Of a DNA stretch of 64,000 bases, positions 1 through 12,680 are shown in pieces. The notes below the pieces were generated by a model. The model was not told the origin of the DNA and did not search any database. It worked only from the letters and a program-made list of their open reading frames with translations. Within the stretch, counting starts at the first letter, position 1; every line of letters begins with the position of its first letter. The translations under genes and the position numbers were made by a program. This DNA comes from Octopus sinensis. Taxonomy: Eukaryota. The stretch lies in the NCBI RefSeq assembly GCF_006345805.1, contig NC_043001.1, positions 1,488,001 through 1,552,000 on the forward strand, written 5' to 3'.

Positions 1-602
1 AAACAGAAGTGATGCCTATTGTGATGGAAGTCTTGAAGAGAAGATCCAAATGCATAACCAAAAACCCCAGGTCTCTTACAGAGAATAATACCACAAAGTA
101 CGAGATACATATCATTGTAGAGTACTTTTAAGATACCAGAATAAACACACAATCAAAATGTGACATTGTGTACCCAAAGAATATGGAACTGCACCGAGAC
201 ATGCAGTGAAAGTATGAAATAAAAAATAATGAGAGAATTATAATTATGAACTTCCTGTCATAAGAGAATAGCTAATTAGTTAAATGATATGCTATGTAAG
301 TTAGCCAGGATGGATGATATAAACTGTGGCTGCTTTTCCATACTTGAAGGATTCAAATGAAAGCGACAAAGCTGGTAATTAAATAGAAAATCTTCTCATA
401 AATGTTTAGCAGCTAATAACACCTCTCTCTCTATCTGTGTGTGTGTGTATGTGTTTATATATATATGTATATAAAGAGAGAGTGAGAGAGAAAGATAGAA
501 AGAAAGAAATGAACGTGTGTGAACATATATATATATATATGTATGTGTGTATGTATGTATGTATGTATGTGTGTATCCTCTCCACTGTCACCATCGCCAC
601 TG

Positions 603-704
603 TCATTGTTTCAACATCTTCTGTTGCATTCTCGCATGTTTCAAGTAGAATTCTGTGAGGAGAATTTTCTGCAACTGGAAGTCCTTCCTGTCATCGACTC
701 TCAC
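603..704 (-). CDS. Candidate terminal exon of an unidentified host gene (VRVDDRKDFQLQKILLTEFYLKHARMQQKMLKQ*)
   Basis: Non-repetitive segment; minus-strand CTAAT...GATCAG acceptor, open frame to TGA at 605-603; phase-compatible with candidate exon 7846-7969. No homology recognised. Confidence 0.15.
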   Translation of the reverse strand: MRVDDRKDFQLQKILLTEFYLKHARMQQKMLKQ

Positions 705-949
705 CTGATCATGACTAAGGTATTAGTTTCACTGAGTACAGATATTATTTTCACAGGAGATTGGAAACAAGTAAGTTCACTTGAAACATAATGTGATGTT
801 TCTGTTTGTATGATGTTAAGACAAGCAAATAGAAGCACACACACACACACACACACACGCACTCACACAGACAACAGACATATGTACCTGCATGGAAAAC
901 AGACATTAAATGATGATGATGATAATATATATTTATATGCTGCTGCTGA

Positions 950-1143
950 TTATATATACAGAGGGGAGAATTCACAAAAAAACAAAAGACGAAGACAAGT
1001 GGTGTAGACAACAAACAGATGTATTAGTTTAACACTCGAGAAGTGAAAAAGTCTTTAACGTTTCGAACCTATGCTCTTCCACAGAAAGGAACACAGAACA
1101 AGGAGAGAAAAAATGTGTGTGGTGGCTAGCAATCTATCATGGC
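950..1143 (-). mobile_element. Short non-autonomous element (Penelope-pLTR-like) carrying a hammerhead-like motif, copy 1
   Basis: Reverse complement aligns end to end with 45568-45785 (shared GCCATGAT..., AACAAAAGACGAAG, GTATTAGT, ACGTTTCGAACCT blocks); both copies sit in (TA)n. Confidence 0.75.
1052..1089 (-). ncRNA. Minimal type-I hammerhead-like motif, variant core
   Basis: Minus strand CCTTT-CTGTGGA-A-GAGC ATAG GTTC-GAAA-CG-TT-AAAGA: stem I CTTT/AAAG, stem II GAGC/GTTC, palindromic AACGTT stem III; core has U where canonical CUGANGA has A6. Confidence 0.45.
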
Positions 1144-1149
1144 GAATAT

Positions 1150-1400
1150 ATATACTCAGGCCTATTCCCCATTTTTTTAGGAGTGGGTAGCCACAAGAAG
1201 ACACACACTAGGCATTCCATTCCTTTTCCCAGCTCAAAGAGGTGAGCCCCATTCTATGCTAGAGTGAAAGCATAGAACACAACCTTCAATATCAGCAGTG
1301 AGGCCCAACAGCATCATGCTGTTACCCCGCCACATCATGCTGGTTCTGTACTCCTTTGAGCAACATTCATCCATCCACAATTCACTCATCCATCCACAAA
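1150..1400 (-). mobile_element. RTE-type LINE 3' end/3'UTR fragment
   Basis: Minus strand ends ...GTGGCTACCCACTCCTAAAAAAATGGGGAATAGGCCTGAG then (TA)n; abuts the plus-strand RTE coding fragment. Confidence 0.45.
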
Positions 1401-1700
1401 CACCCTCTAGGCTGAGAGACATGGAAAGGAGGCAACTAGATGTGTTTGAGATGAGATGTCTGAGGGCTATGTTTGGTGTGACATGGATGGACAGGATGAA
1501 GAGGTGCAAAGGTGAGCAGGAATGAGAGAAAAACTAACAACCAAAATGGATAGACAAATGTTGAGGTGGTTTGGCCACATGGAGAGGATGGCTGAGCAGC
1601 GGATGGTAAGTTGGGTGATGAAGGCAGAAGTGGTAGGCAGCAGAACCAGAGGCAGACCTCGGTTTGTGTGGATGGATGGAGTGAGAAAAGCTTTGGTGGA
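1401..1700 (+). mobile_element. RTE-clade LINE, C-terminal coding fragment
   Basis: Translates LDVFEMRCLRAMFGVTWMDR...LRWFGHMERM...GSRTRGRPRFVWMDGVRKAL, the typical RTE post-RT region. Confidence 0.85.
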
Positions 1701-2149
1701 TATATATATATATATGTATATTACTGTTCATGTTTGTTTCCATGTAAAGTGAAGAATAAAAACAGTCAGACATTGGTTGGTGGACCATTCAATACTTTTA
1801 AGTTGATAATCGAATTTATTTGCGGAAGGGAAAAGTTGACAGTAACTTTGAAGCTTTATTTTTTGTTAGATCAGAGAGGATAGAAGAGAAAGAAAAAGAG
1901 TTTTAGCCTGAAGGATCTATTATTGATAGGCAAATATATATGCTAAATCTATTGGTATTGGCATGGACTGGTTCTGAACTAGACCTGTGAGATTATTGTT
2001 AATCCCTGGATTATGGAATAATTAGTAATGTTAAGGATAGTGCAGAATAAAGGAGATTGAAGAAATGAAGCCAAAACTAAGCAATTTTGGTGATGAGTTT
2101 TAGAAGTATCAAGAATCAATAGAAAATTCTTGGTGCCAAAGTTTTTTGA

Positions 2150-3700
2150 GATGCCTGATGTTTTAACACTGTTACAAAGAACAGTGAAGGAAAGGGTGTG
2201 TTAACAAAAGCAGTCAGCATGGAGTATAATCGCCATTTCTTTACGGATGATTTGAAACTCTTATCAAAAAATGAACATCAAATAGACATTTTAGTAGAAC
2301 CATTTCACGGATTTAGAGAAGATATTGGGTTGGAATTTGATATTAAAAAGTATGGAGTTATAATATTGAACAGAGTAAAGACATTGGGGTGTGAGAGGAA
2401 TGAATTTACATAAGGAAATCATAAAACAAGAAAATGCAGAAAGCTGTAAATACTTTGGTTTAATGTTGCTAGTAAATTTACATGAAAGAACATTTTAGAA
2501 AGGAATACTTCATCAAGTTAAAATTAGTGCGTAAATCAAGGTTAATGGTAAAACTATAACTATTTGTAAATGGCCCATATCTCTTTAGAAGTGGGTGGAA
2601 TAATCTGAAAATGGAATAAAAGAGAGAAGTTAGATTAGGTGAAGAAAATTGAAAGAATTCATGGGTAGATATCTTGGAGAAATAAAAAAATTCCAAGATG
2701 ATATGGCGAAAAAAAATAACAATTGTTAGGAATGTTTTTTCCTTGGTTGATGGATGTCGGTTTAAATATGAGTAAATTGTTGTTAGAGATAAGAAAGACA
2801 CACCTAAGGCCTGATATTAAAGCATAAGAATAGTTACTGAGAAGTAAATTATAATTCTCTATAGGCAAAACCACTATTATGTAGAATTTATAGCAAAGTT
2901 GGTGAGTGGTTAACACTTTTGATAAGTGAATTTGATAAATTATCTAAAAAGACAGATAAAATAACTTGATATTGTGCGGAAAGTGTAAATTAGATTTAAC
3001 TGTTAAATGACGTATACATGGAGATGACACGTTCAAAGGAATATTTTGGAGTCACTTGGAAGTAAGTAGTCTAAGCAAGAAGTTTGAGAGTTGAAGAGAT
3101 TTAAGCAAAGACTTCTTCAGAGGCTGACTGAAATAAAGTGGTTCAGTTGGTTGGTAAAACAGAAATGGCAGGGTGTGGTGTTAGAGAATGTGGGGGTGTT
3201 TAACATTGTCAAAGGTGGAGGAAGAGAGGGAATCCTGAAGAGAAGTTTATGGTGGAGAAAGGGAATGAGTTAAATGGTTTTGGTGGTAATGGGGCAAAGA
3301 GGAGGAAGTGGATATGATGGCTGGGGAGGTGAGGGCAGAAGGATGATGGTCAAGCACATCTATAATTGAAGTTGAAGGATCATACAAAAGTCCTTTGAGA
3401 TCTTGTTGCCATCTTTGGAAAGCTATAAAATCAGGAAACTAGATTTTGATATACTGAAGAATTCAAAAAGTATATTGAATAATTCTTATTGCAAGAGATG
3501 GAAAAACTAGAATCAGGATCAGGAAACAAATAACAGACAGAAAATGGAGAAGTAAGGAAATCCTCTGCAAATACATGGTGAAGAAGTCACATAAGATTCC
3601 TGAAGTATGTTGTCTAAGAGCTGGGACCTAATGTTTAACTGAATCAGGAATCAAAATTAGATGAGAAAACTTTCTAAATTTATGTTATTAGAATCCCCTA
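2150..3700 (+). pseudogene. Heavily decayed R4/Dong-like LINE, RT and downstream region
   Basis: ORF 2198-2413 has FFTDDLKLLSKNEHQIDILVEPFHGFREDIGLEFDIKKYGVIILNRVK (decayed F/Y-x-DD motif and following thumb), then CKYFG (~YKYLG). Many stops; distal boundary uncertain. Confidence 0.65.
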
Positions 3701-4039
3701 GAAGACTGCAAGAAATCTGGATTAAATGCAGAATAAAATAAATATAAAAAGTTTTATAAAACAATGCTACTAATTGCTGTTTACTTTCCGTGATATTAGA
3801 TTTTGGTAGAAGTTCCTTAAACTAAGAAAGGAATTATTAAAAAATCCTTATCTTCATGATTGTTTTACATGTTGTTCCATGATGGCACAAGAAAATTGTC
3901 GAGGCATCAGCTGGACCCTCTTCCTGTCTCCAATCCATATCTCTTTTACGGGTAAAGTATTTTAATTTCCCTGGTTTTCCCACACCATAACTGACAAAAC
4001 TCTCCCTCTCTCTCTCTCTCTCTCACTCTCTCATATATA

Positions 4040-4735
4040 TAACAAAGAAGTCAATGGTGCCTGCAGAATGTGTGCCTGGATCCTCAGAACTTTTCAATCT
4101 AGGGATCATGAAAAAATTATCCTTCTCTCCTCCACATTCACTAGACCCTACCTTGAATACTGCTGTCCACTGTGGTCCCCTTACAAAAGAAGAACACATA
4201 ATGCAGATTGAACACCACAAAGATCAATCACTAAAAGAATAAATGGTACAATGGGATTTGGTTATTGGGCTGAAACTATTTTATACGGTGCTTCCATGAG
4301 TGATACATTATTTGCCCCACGTTGAAAATATTCCACTAATATTATCCAAATGCTATTGGTATTATGTTTATAATTCACCCAAGACTAGCCCACCCCCCGC
4401 AATGTATCCCCTACAAAGGTTGAGATCACATCACATAAGAACATTGCGACACAATTTTTTCACTGCAAATGGTCCTGCTCTTTTCGATGTTATCCTGAAA
4501 GAGATTGAAGTAGAAAAAGACCCCTCAACTTTCAAATGGCACTTGGACAAATTCCTCCAGGAAATACCGGATAAACCACCTACACATGGATATGTCTCAA
4601 ACAACAACAACTCTCTGCTCGAGTGGACCATGGTGTCCCGAAATAATTAACTAAAAGACTTTTTCAGGTGGTGCTATTGAGTTAGCCATGGCCTGGGCTG
4701 ATAATGGCCCAAACCAATCTAAGTTATCTAAGTTC
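4040..4735 (+). mobile_element. 5'-truncated, internally deleted CR1 LINE related to the copy at 59.9-62.8 kb
   Basis: CCTTGAATACTGCTGTCCACTGTGGTC, DKFLQEIPDKPPTHGYVSNNNNSLLEW and a 3'UTR CAGGTGGTGCTATT...CATGGCCTGGGC...CTAAGTTATCTAAGTT all match 62060-62760. Confidence 0.9.
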
Positions 4736-4744
4736 TATATGTCT

Positions 4745-5020
4745 GCTGGCACTCCATTGGTTATGATGAGTGTTCCAGTTGATCTGCTCAAAAGCAGGCT
4801 CATGAAATTAACGTCTAAGTGGCTGAGTACACTATAGACATGCATACACTTCATGGACATTCATAGGGCAGAGAACACGACAAAGGCTGGGCCTTTGAGT
4901 TACAGCTAAAGTGAATGGAAGCAAAGTGAAATCGAGTGTCTTGCTCAAGGATACAAAGCATTGCTGGAGACAGAACACATGACCTAACGATCATCAGTCA
5001 AATACCGTAACCACTAAGCA
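4745..5020 (-). mobile_element. tRNA-derived SINE (family D), decayed
   Basis: Shares GTGAAATTAACGT..AAGTGGCTGAG and GTGTCTTGCTCAAGGA blocks with 29570-29890, 47780-48065 and 58195-58515. Confidence 0.75.
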
Positions 5021-5689
5021 CGTGCACACACACGCACACACATGCATATACATATGTACCAGTTCCACTTATAAGGCATTGGTGAGTCCAAGGCTGCCGT
5101 AGAAGCCACGTCAAAGACCCCAAGCAATAGAAGTAAGCCTGAAGCCATAGGGGTACAAAACGAAGTCTGTAACCACAGAACCATACATACCATGCTTGCA
5201 TGAAATAACAATCCTTCCTTCAAAAGGTACCAGGCCTGAAAGTTTGGGTGAGAGGCTAATCATTTACACTCAGTCCTCAACTGGTCCTTATTTTATTGAT
5301 CTTGAAAGTAGTAGTAGTAGTGGTAGTGGTAGCATGGCCGTTTGTTGGTGATTCCTTCCTACTCCTGGCAGATGACATCTTTCTGTCACTTAAGGCAATG
5401 ACCTTCCAATCCATGGTTCTGTTTGGGTAGTTGTTGTTGGAGAGGAATTTATGAGGCTGGAGAGCAAATCCTACCTCAACCTCTTTTAGTTAGCCTTTAT
5501 GACAAGTAGAGGAAATGCCAAGTTGATTCTTTGGTCTGCTAATTGCCGTACAGAACCCGACAGGATGGAAAGTAAATTCGACCATGACAGAATTTCAACA
5601 CAGAGCGTAAAACCAGAAGAAATGCTGCAAAGCATTGTGTGCAGAGTAACAACAACAACAACGGTTTGGCCCAGGGTCAGCAGTTTTTC

Positions 5690-5860
5690 AGGGGAGTTGG
5701 GATATCAATTACATCAAAGCCACAACTTGACTGGTACATATCTTACTGAAAGGATGAAAGGTAAAGCTGACCTCAACAAAATTTGATCTCAGAGCATACA
5801 GACAAAATTCCACTAAACATTTTGCCTGCCATGTTAATGATTCTGCCATCTCTCTGCCTT
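5690..5860 (-). mobile_element. tRNA-derived SINE (family A) fragment
   Basis: GAAAGGATGAAAGGTAAAGCTGACCTC...TTGATCTCAG...CTGCC block, reverse complement of the 48346-48581 copy; followed by (AAT)n. Confidence 0.7.
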
Positions 5861-5864
5861 TATC

Positions 5865-5901
<37 letters not shown>

Positions 5902-5903
<2 letters not shown>

Positions 5904-6100
5904 GAGCTGCTATCAGGCTTGAGGTGATCCAGAAGACAGCATTGTTGGGTACAGGTTGCATTCTAAGGCGAGTATTGTCTCTTTGAGTCACAGGAGAAGG
6001 CACTACTTGAAACCATTGGTGATTTGTTATTGTTTGCTTTTAAGTAAAGAATGACCGGTAATTAAGAAATATCCGAGAGTCTTTCAGAATAATAATAATA
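5902..6100 (+). mobile_element. R4/Dong-like LINE 3' tail
   Basis: IQKTALLGTGCILRRVLSL* plus 3'UTR (GTCACAGGAGAAGGCACTACTTGAAACC...CCGAGAGTCTTTCAGAATAATAAT) repeated at 33755-33865; bounded by (AAT)n. Confidence 0.8.
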
Positions 6101-6102
6101 TA

Positions 6103-6600
6103 GTCTTCTTGCGCCTACAGAATATCTCAACAGGCAGGATAGAGCTGCACATTATATTCACTGGGTAATTTGCAAAAGCCTGGACTTGCCCCATGATAAA
6201 AACTGGTGGGAACACAAACCACTTCCAGTGCTTGAAAATGATCACATCTCACTCCTCTGGAACTTCACCATTCAAACTGACAGAAAGATAGATGTGAATA
6301 TGCCAGACATCATAGTAAAAGACTTCAGACAAAAATCATTCCTCCTCATTAATATGACTGTCCCAATCGATATAAACGTATCTGTCAAGACCTACCAAAA
6401 ACTGAGCAAATATAAAGATCTTGAAATAGAAATTAGCAAAATGTGGAACCTGAAGACTAAAACAATACCTGTTGTCATAGGTGCCCTGGGAATGATAGAA
6501 AAAGTGGCTGATCGCTACCTAACTCAGATAACAGGAAACCCAAAAATGGCAAAAATTCAAAAGATAGTGCTCATGGGAACTGCTCGTATCCTACGTATCC
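6103..6600 (+). mobile_element. R4/Dong-like LINE, restriction-like endonuclease domain fragment
   Basis: EYLNRQDRAAHYIHWVICK...LLWNFTIQTDRKIDVNMPDIIVKD...KLSKYKDLEIEISKMWNLKTKTIPVVIGALG...MGTARILR, the RH..PD..D REL domain. Confidence 0.92.
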
Positions 6601-7104
6601 AATGTGTCTCACCTTTCTATTCAAAATTGTAGGGAGAAATTTGGCTGTAATTTCTAGCAGGTTGTATGACCAGCCTCTGAAGTAAAGGCTCTTTCATAGA
6701 GACTCATACTTCTGAGTATATGACTCCTACTCTTGAGGACATGACACCATCCACTCTTGATTGGAGACTCCTGAGTAAAGGCTTGTCACAATTTTTGAAA
6801 AGAGTCTCTCATCCTACAGCAGAAGAATACTCTGTCATTAATGAGTAAGAGAGTCCTGCTTCAGAGAAGAAGCCTCCCCAGTACCACCACCACCAGTCTT
6901 GAGCAGAAGCTACTAACCCTGAGTAAAGACTCACACTCTTGAATGAACACTTCTACATAAAAAGAAAAAAGCATTTCTTTATTTTCAAAATTTGCCTCAG
7001 TTATTGAAGAATGAGTTTGTATTGTTGAGTTTCTAATGAAATATTGATTTCCAACTTTGGAACAATGAATCAAATTTGGTGGAAGGATATAATTGATTGA
7101 ATCA

Positions 7105-7230
7105 ACAACAGTATTTGACTGATCCTTTATTTTATTGACCTTGGAGGGATGAAAGGCAAGGTCGACCTCAGCAGGATTTGAACTCAGAATTCAAAGAGCT
7201 TCCGCAAAGTAATGCAACTAAAGTATTTCC
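7105..7230 (-). mobile_element. SINE family A fragment
   Basis: GGATGAAAGGCAAGGTCGACCTCAGCAGGATTTGAACTCAGAA core. Confidence 0.75.
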
Positions 7231-7407
7231 CATCCAAACCACTGCATCCCCACCACCCCTTACTAATTTAATAGTAACAACTCAAACACAAAATGGCAAT
7301 CCTAATTATTTTTCTGCCAGATTAACTCAAACTAGTAACAAGCTTTGTAGGAAAAATTGATGAGATGCCAAAGGAACATTCAAATTGAAACCATCTCAAT
7401 AATACTA

Positions 7408-7446
<39 letters not shown>

Positions 7447-7845
7447 TGTGTGGATGTGATGATCATCATTTTAATGTTTTTTCACACTTGCATGGGCAAA
7501 TATCATTTGTTGAGGCAGGTTTTCTGTGACTTGCTGCCCTTCCTGATGCTATCTCTCATCTGTTTCCAAGTAAGATAAATTTCTTTTGCCCTCGTTGGAC
7601 ATGTTTTCATAAAAGATTAGAAAGGAACCACACTGCTTTTATGATTGTGACACTCATTTACAATAATCCCGTGATATCAAGTCAAGTAAACAAGCATCAA
7701 CACACACACATGTGCAAACAGATGCACACGTCTAAGATGCCATGCAGTAGGAGACTGGAACCCAAACCACATAGTTCTGAAGGAAATCCTCAACCATGCA
7801 TCAACATCAATCCGCAGCCATGCTTGTGCTAGAAATAAATTTTAC

Positions 7846-7969
7846 AAAGAATAATCTTGACAATGATTTCAAAGTTTTGGTTTGTTCACCATCACCAGAC
7901 TTTGCAGTATTTAGATTCTTTTCGGCTTCATATAGTCTTTTGCAAGTCTTTTCTTTGGCATCATGTGAC
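7846..7969 (-). CDS. Candidate internal exon (SHDAKEKTCKRLYEAEKNLNTAKSGDGEQTKTLKSLSRLFF)
   Basis: Unique sequence; minus-strand pyrimidine-rich ...CCTAATTATCAG acceptor, GTAAAA donor, open frame, phase match with 9541-9635 (AT|G). No homology recognised. Confidence 0.25.
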
Positions 7970-8550
7970 CTGATAATTAGGTGTACATAGGCTGGGGGAA
8001 GTGTGTAGAAAGTAGGATAGTGGAAGGTAGAAGGAAAGTATCTGACAGAGTGTTATGGTGGAGATAGTTTGTCTGGTTTGTTGTGGGTCTATGTTGTTGT
8101 TTTCGACTGAGTCAAGCATGAGAGTAACCGTGTAAACGTTTGTCACATTCAGGTTTATTAAATTTAGGTCACAACATTCTGTGTAGAAATTTGGTTTTTG
8201 TTGCGTTTCAGCTTGTACAAAGAATGGCTTTGGATGAAATTAGCTGGCCACCCAGCATTGGCATTGGTACAACACCAATCCAATGACAATCTGACATATG
8301 CTGGACAACCAAGTAATCATCCATAAACTCTATATAAAGCCAAAAAGCTTTTTATACTCGAGTAGAGCTTAGTCTGACAAATGTGAGAAAACAAAAATTC
8401 AAAGTCCCTGTCAACTACTTTCCTTCTAAAAACTTAAACTTTTGTTCCACTAAAATGTATAGAGGAATCTATACATCTATTTACGATTAAATTGTTTTAT
8501 GTATATAACTTGACATATAAACAAACACTAATTATCTATCTACCTACCTA

Positions 8551-8584
<34 letters not shown>

Positions 8585-9540
8585 TGTCTGTCTATCTATC
8601 ATTCTATTCTATCAATCTGTCTGTCTGCCTGCCTTCCTGTTTGTCTGTGTCTATTTTGCCTGTTTGCCTGTCTGTTTATCTATCCCTCTATTCATATGCA
8701 TACACACACACACACACACGTGCATGTACATCTACCTCTTTGTATGTGTATTACTAATATATCTGTAGCTTTATGAAGATCCAAATGGTTTATTGCGTCC
8801 AGGTCGAAATTTATTAAAGGAATTATTTCTGAAATAACAAAAAATGTCCAAACTATTAGAGTCAGTTTATGCAATGAAATTCCTGTACAAAGGAAACGCC
8901 ATCTACTCTAAAACACTGTGGCTTTACATCAATTGCTGTTGGCATGTTTGGTTTTTAGTCAGGCATAGAAGGACCACAATGATGTAGACCTTAAACCCCG
9001 AGAGGGAAAATGGAAAAAGAAAGGGCTGGCTCAAGAAGAGCTGATATTGAATATGTTGGTGTATTCACAAGTCATCTTCTGCTGGAATATTCCTTCATTC
9101 TATTACTATCCTTTTACTGCTTTCAATTACATTTGACTTTGGCCATGCTGGAGTACTGTATTAAAGAGCATAGTTGGTTATAGCAACCCCAATACATGAC
9201 GGGTACAATTCCAAAAAATAAGTTAGACTGGGTGGGATTTGAACTCACAATGTAATGTAAAATCAAATATCACAACGTATCTTTCCAGTCATTTTGTTGA
9301 TTAATCTCTCAATTGCTTTGTGTGTGTGTGTGTGCGTGTGTGTGTGTGTGTAATGTGATGTAATGAGTAAAACCAAGAAAAAGGCAACACGAGCGAGACA
9401 TGATGCTGAAACACTGACGATGGTGATGATGTTTCTTTCAAATGTTTCTTTGGTTGCTCATCAGGATTTGATTTCCAAAGCTGAACATGTGACTTCTCAG
9501 TTGAAACGGTGATTGTGTTAGAATTGTATCCCATACTTAC

Positions 9541-9635
9541 ATTGAGAAAGAACCCAAAATTTCATTAATCATTTCACTTAAAAAGCCATCAGGCTTTTGA
9601 TTAAACATTTTCAAGAAACTTGATAAATGTAGCTT
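9541..9635 (-). CDS. Candidate internal exon (KLHLSSFLKMFNQKPDGFLSEMINEILGSFS)
   Basis: Minus-strand CTTTTAG acceptor and consensus GTAAGT donor at 9540; open frame. No homology recognised. Confidence 0.25.
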
Positions 9636-10784
9636 CTAAAAGCCACTCAATGAAATGACTCTCACAGAAACAGGATAAAATTGCTGTCGTCAAAGAAGAC
9701 TTCGAAAATAAGGGATACGAAAGGAAAACGTTTTAAGACATGAAAGCAGCTAATTAATCGAATGTCTTTGATATGGGGTGTCTAATAAGGGACAATTCTA
9801 AACATTTGTGAAAGGTTGAGCATGAAAGAATAAAGAGAAAAGAGAAAATACCCCATGAATAAAATAGGAATTCTTAAAAGTTGATAATTGAAGTAATAAA
9901 TTAATTCATTGAAACTGAACTCAACCAATGCTGATCAAAGTTTGGAAAATTGCACACAGCCAAGAAAAAGAGGGCTTAATTGAAACATTACCATTGCTAA
10001 TGTAATTATAATCTTTGTTTTTTATAGATTTATTTTGATTGAATATTTTGACAGGATAGTTTATTATATTACTACGTTCTGATAATGGAAACTTGTCATT
10101 CATATATACATAGTTTATATCTCCATATAAGGTGGGAACCAAAATGGCTTCTTTGAGAAAAATTACGATCAAAAAATGTTACAACCATGATCATCCCAGA
10201 TATATTTTCAGATATAGTTTGTATAGGACCACATTGTCTTATGTGTCCTTTGCTTTCTATTCTGGTTTGATGAGACCTGAGTGAGATTTGGCATCTATTT
10301 CTAGCATGCTTAGCAAGGCAGCAGACAGGTTTACCATTGGCTTGTAGTAGTAGTTGTAGCAGCAACTGCAGCAGTAGTAGTAATTGTTGACTGTAAGTGT
10401 TATTACTAGTTTAAATTGTTATGCAGCTCTATGTTAGCCTTCACTGAGCAGACTTATTATCAAAGGCTTTCCATCCATAGCTATCCCATCTTGGACTACA
10501 TCATCCAAAATTATTGCATCCTGGGAGGGTCATTATGCCAATAAGCATATGCACTGATTCTGTTTCCCTTCTTTGATTATTATAAGATCAATTAATCAAC
10601 TTGTTAACCAGTTAATTCCTTGACTGATTAATTGATTAATTGATCAGTCCCTTGGTTTGTCTGAGCTCCTTTGTATTGGTAAAACCACCCTAACTCCATC
10701 ATACAATGACGACACATCTTTCAATATGTTTTCACACCAAGCATCTTGCCAAGCAAATACAAAAACCTAAATTATTATTTTTTT

Positions 10785-10977
10785 TATTCTTTGATTTGTT
10801 TCAGTCCTTTGACTGCACCCATGCTGGAGCACCACCTTTGGTTGAACAAATCAGCCCCAGGACTTATTCTTTGTAAGCCTAGTACTTATTCTATCAGTTT
10901 CTTTTGCTGAACCACTAAGTTACGGGGACATAAACACAGCAACATCAGTTGTCAAGTGATGGTGGGGGGGACAGGCA

Positions 10978-11023
<46 letters not shown>

Positions 11024-11190
11024 CGATGGGCTTCTTTCAGTTTCTGTTTACCAAATCCATTCACTAGGCTTTGGTTGACCTAAGGCTATAGTAGAAGACA
11101 TTTGCCCAAGGTGCCATGCAGTGGGATTGAACCCAGAACCATGCGGTTGGTAAGCAAGCTACTTACCACACAGTCATTCCTGCACCTATG
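10785..11190 (-). mobile_element. tRNA-derived SINE (family B), near full length, with internal (CA)n
   Basis: GGGATTGAACCCAGAACCATG (B-box, reverse), CCCAAGGTGCC, GGGCTTCTTTCAGTTTC, TAAGTTACGGGGAC, CATGCTGGAGCACC; same family at 40105-40465, 45190-45545 and 45985-46135. Confidence 0.85.
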
Positions 11191-11429
11191 GAAACGTTTA
11201 TAATGTTGACTTCACTGAGAGAGAGAAATAAGAATATTGATATAATTTTGGTCTTCATTTTTGATGTTGGTAGACTTGTGATATGAAAGACATTTGGCTG
11301 TTATTTCTAATTTGTAGAATGACCAAGTATCAACTCCCTTATCTTTGCTGCAACGGTTTTACTGTTTAGCAATTAGACTTTAGTGGTATTATTTTAAATG
11401 ATGATGATTTCTGTGGAGTAGGACCATAC

Positions 11430-11720
11430 CAATGATGATGATGATGATGACTAAGGTTCATGATGGTGATGATGAAGATGACGATGATGATGTTCGTGGT
11501 GGTGATGTTAATGATGGTAGTGATGATGGCAATGAGTATGATGGTGGTGGTGGTGGTAGCAGCAGTGATGATGGTGATGATGATGAAGAAAATGAGTTAT
11601 GACGACAAACAATAATGGTGCTTATGAGGGTGATGACATCATCAGCAATTACAATGATGATGATGATGATGTTGACAATGAGTATGAAATTGATGATGAT
11701 GATGATGATGATGATGATAA
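11430..11720. repeat. Degenerate (GAT/GGT)n trinucleotide tract
   Basis: Runs of gatgatgat and ggtggtggt. Confidence 0.9.
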
Positions 11721-11799
11721 GGTTATGGCCCATTCTAGATTATTAAAATATTAACCAGTAGACCATGTAATATCAGGAAGCTTGTTATACAATGGAAAG

Positions 11800-12056
11800 A
11801 GTGCACATATGTGCGTATGTCTGTGGGTGTGTGCGTGTAGCTTTGTGTGCACATGTGTTTATGTATGTGCTAGCGCATGAGTGTTTCTGTGTGTTTGTGA
11901 GTGTGTATATCTACAAAAGACTATTTCCTGAGTTAAAAAAAAAAAACTGGTAAAACACATATTTGTTTATAAATACACAAACACACACATTAAAGTACAC
12001 ACAAAACACACATCTATAAATACAGAAAGACACACACACAGAAATACACACATGCG

Positions 12057-12094
<38 letters not shown>

Positions 12095-12680
12095 CATAAA
12101 TACCCAGACATATTGATGCATTCATACAAAACCACAGACAAAGCGCACACATTCATATACAAGTACATAAGCACACAATTACAAATACTTACACAAATGT
12201 ACATCCACAAAAGCACACACATATATACATATACACACATATATAAATGCATAAATTCGTACATATAAATACACACACAGACATAAATACACGTGTGTAA
12301 ATAGCCAAACATATAAAGACATACACATATAAATGGAAATACAAATACACATAGATAGATTCACAAGTACACACACATGTATAAATACACACACATATAT
12401 ACTCAAACTTGCATATAATAAAAACATAAAACACACACATATCAGTATGCATACACACATATATAAAATCACTTATGCCTATGTAATACACATTCACACG
12501 CAAATATGAATACACAGACACCTATACATGAAAATACACGTGTGTACATAAAGACCAACACGCATAAATACACACATATACATATAATACACATAACATT
12601 GGCATAGAAATATATACATAGACACACACATGTATAAATAGACATGGACCTATGCACTTGTATATATACACACATCAAAC
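11800..12680. repeat. Low-complexity (AC)/(AT) compound microsatellite region
   Basis: ACAC/ATAT mosaics; source of spurious MCVCVY-type ORFs. Confidence 0.9.

Noticed and set aside
1-220. Possible R4/Dong zinc-knuckle remnant
   Set aside because: Only a faint EIHII resemblance; not supportable.
6690-6950. Short open frame ETHTSEYMTPTLEDMTP... with repeated ACTCTTGA/CTGAGTAAAG motifs
   Set aside because: Looks like a degenerate minisatellite next to a dispersed repeat fragment; no splice or homology support.
8760-9100. Several exon-like ORFlets on both strands (LYEDPNGLLRPG; NNSFNKFRPGRNKPFGSS*; KDHNDVDLKPREG)
   Set aside because: Mutually incompatible and unrecognisable; cannot be distinguished from chance without RNA data.
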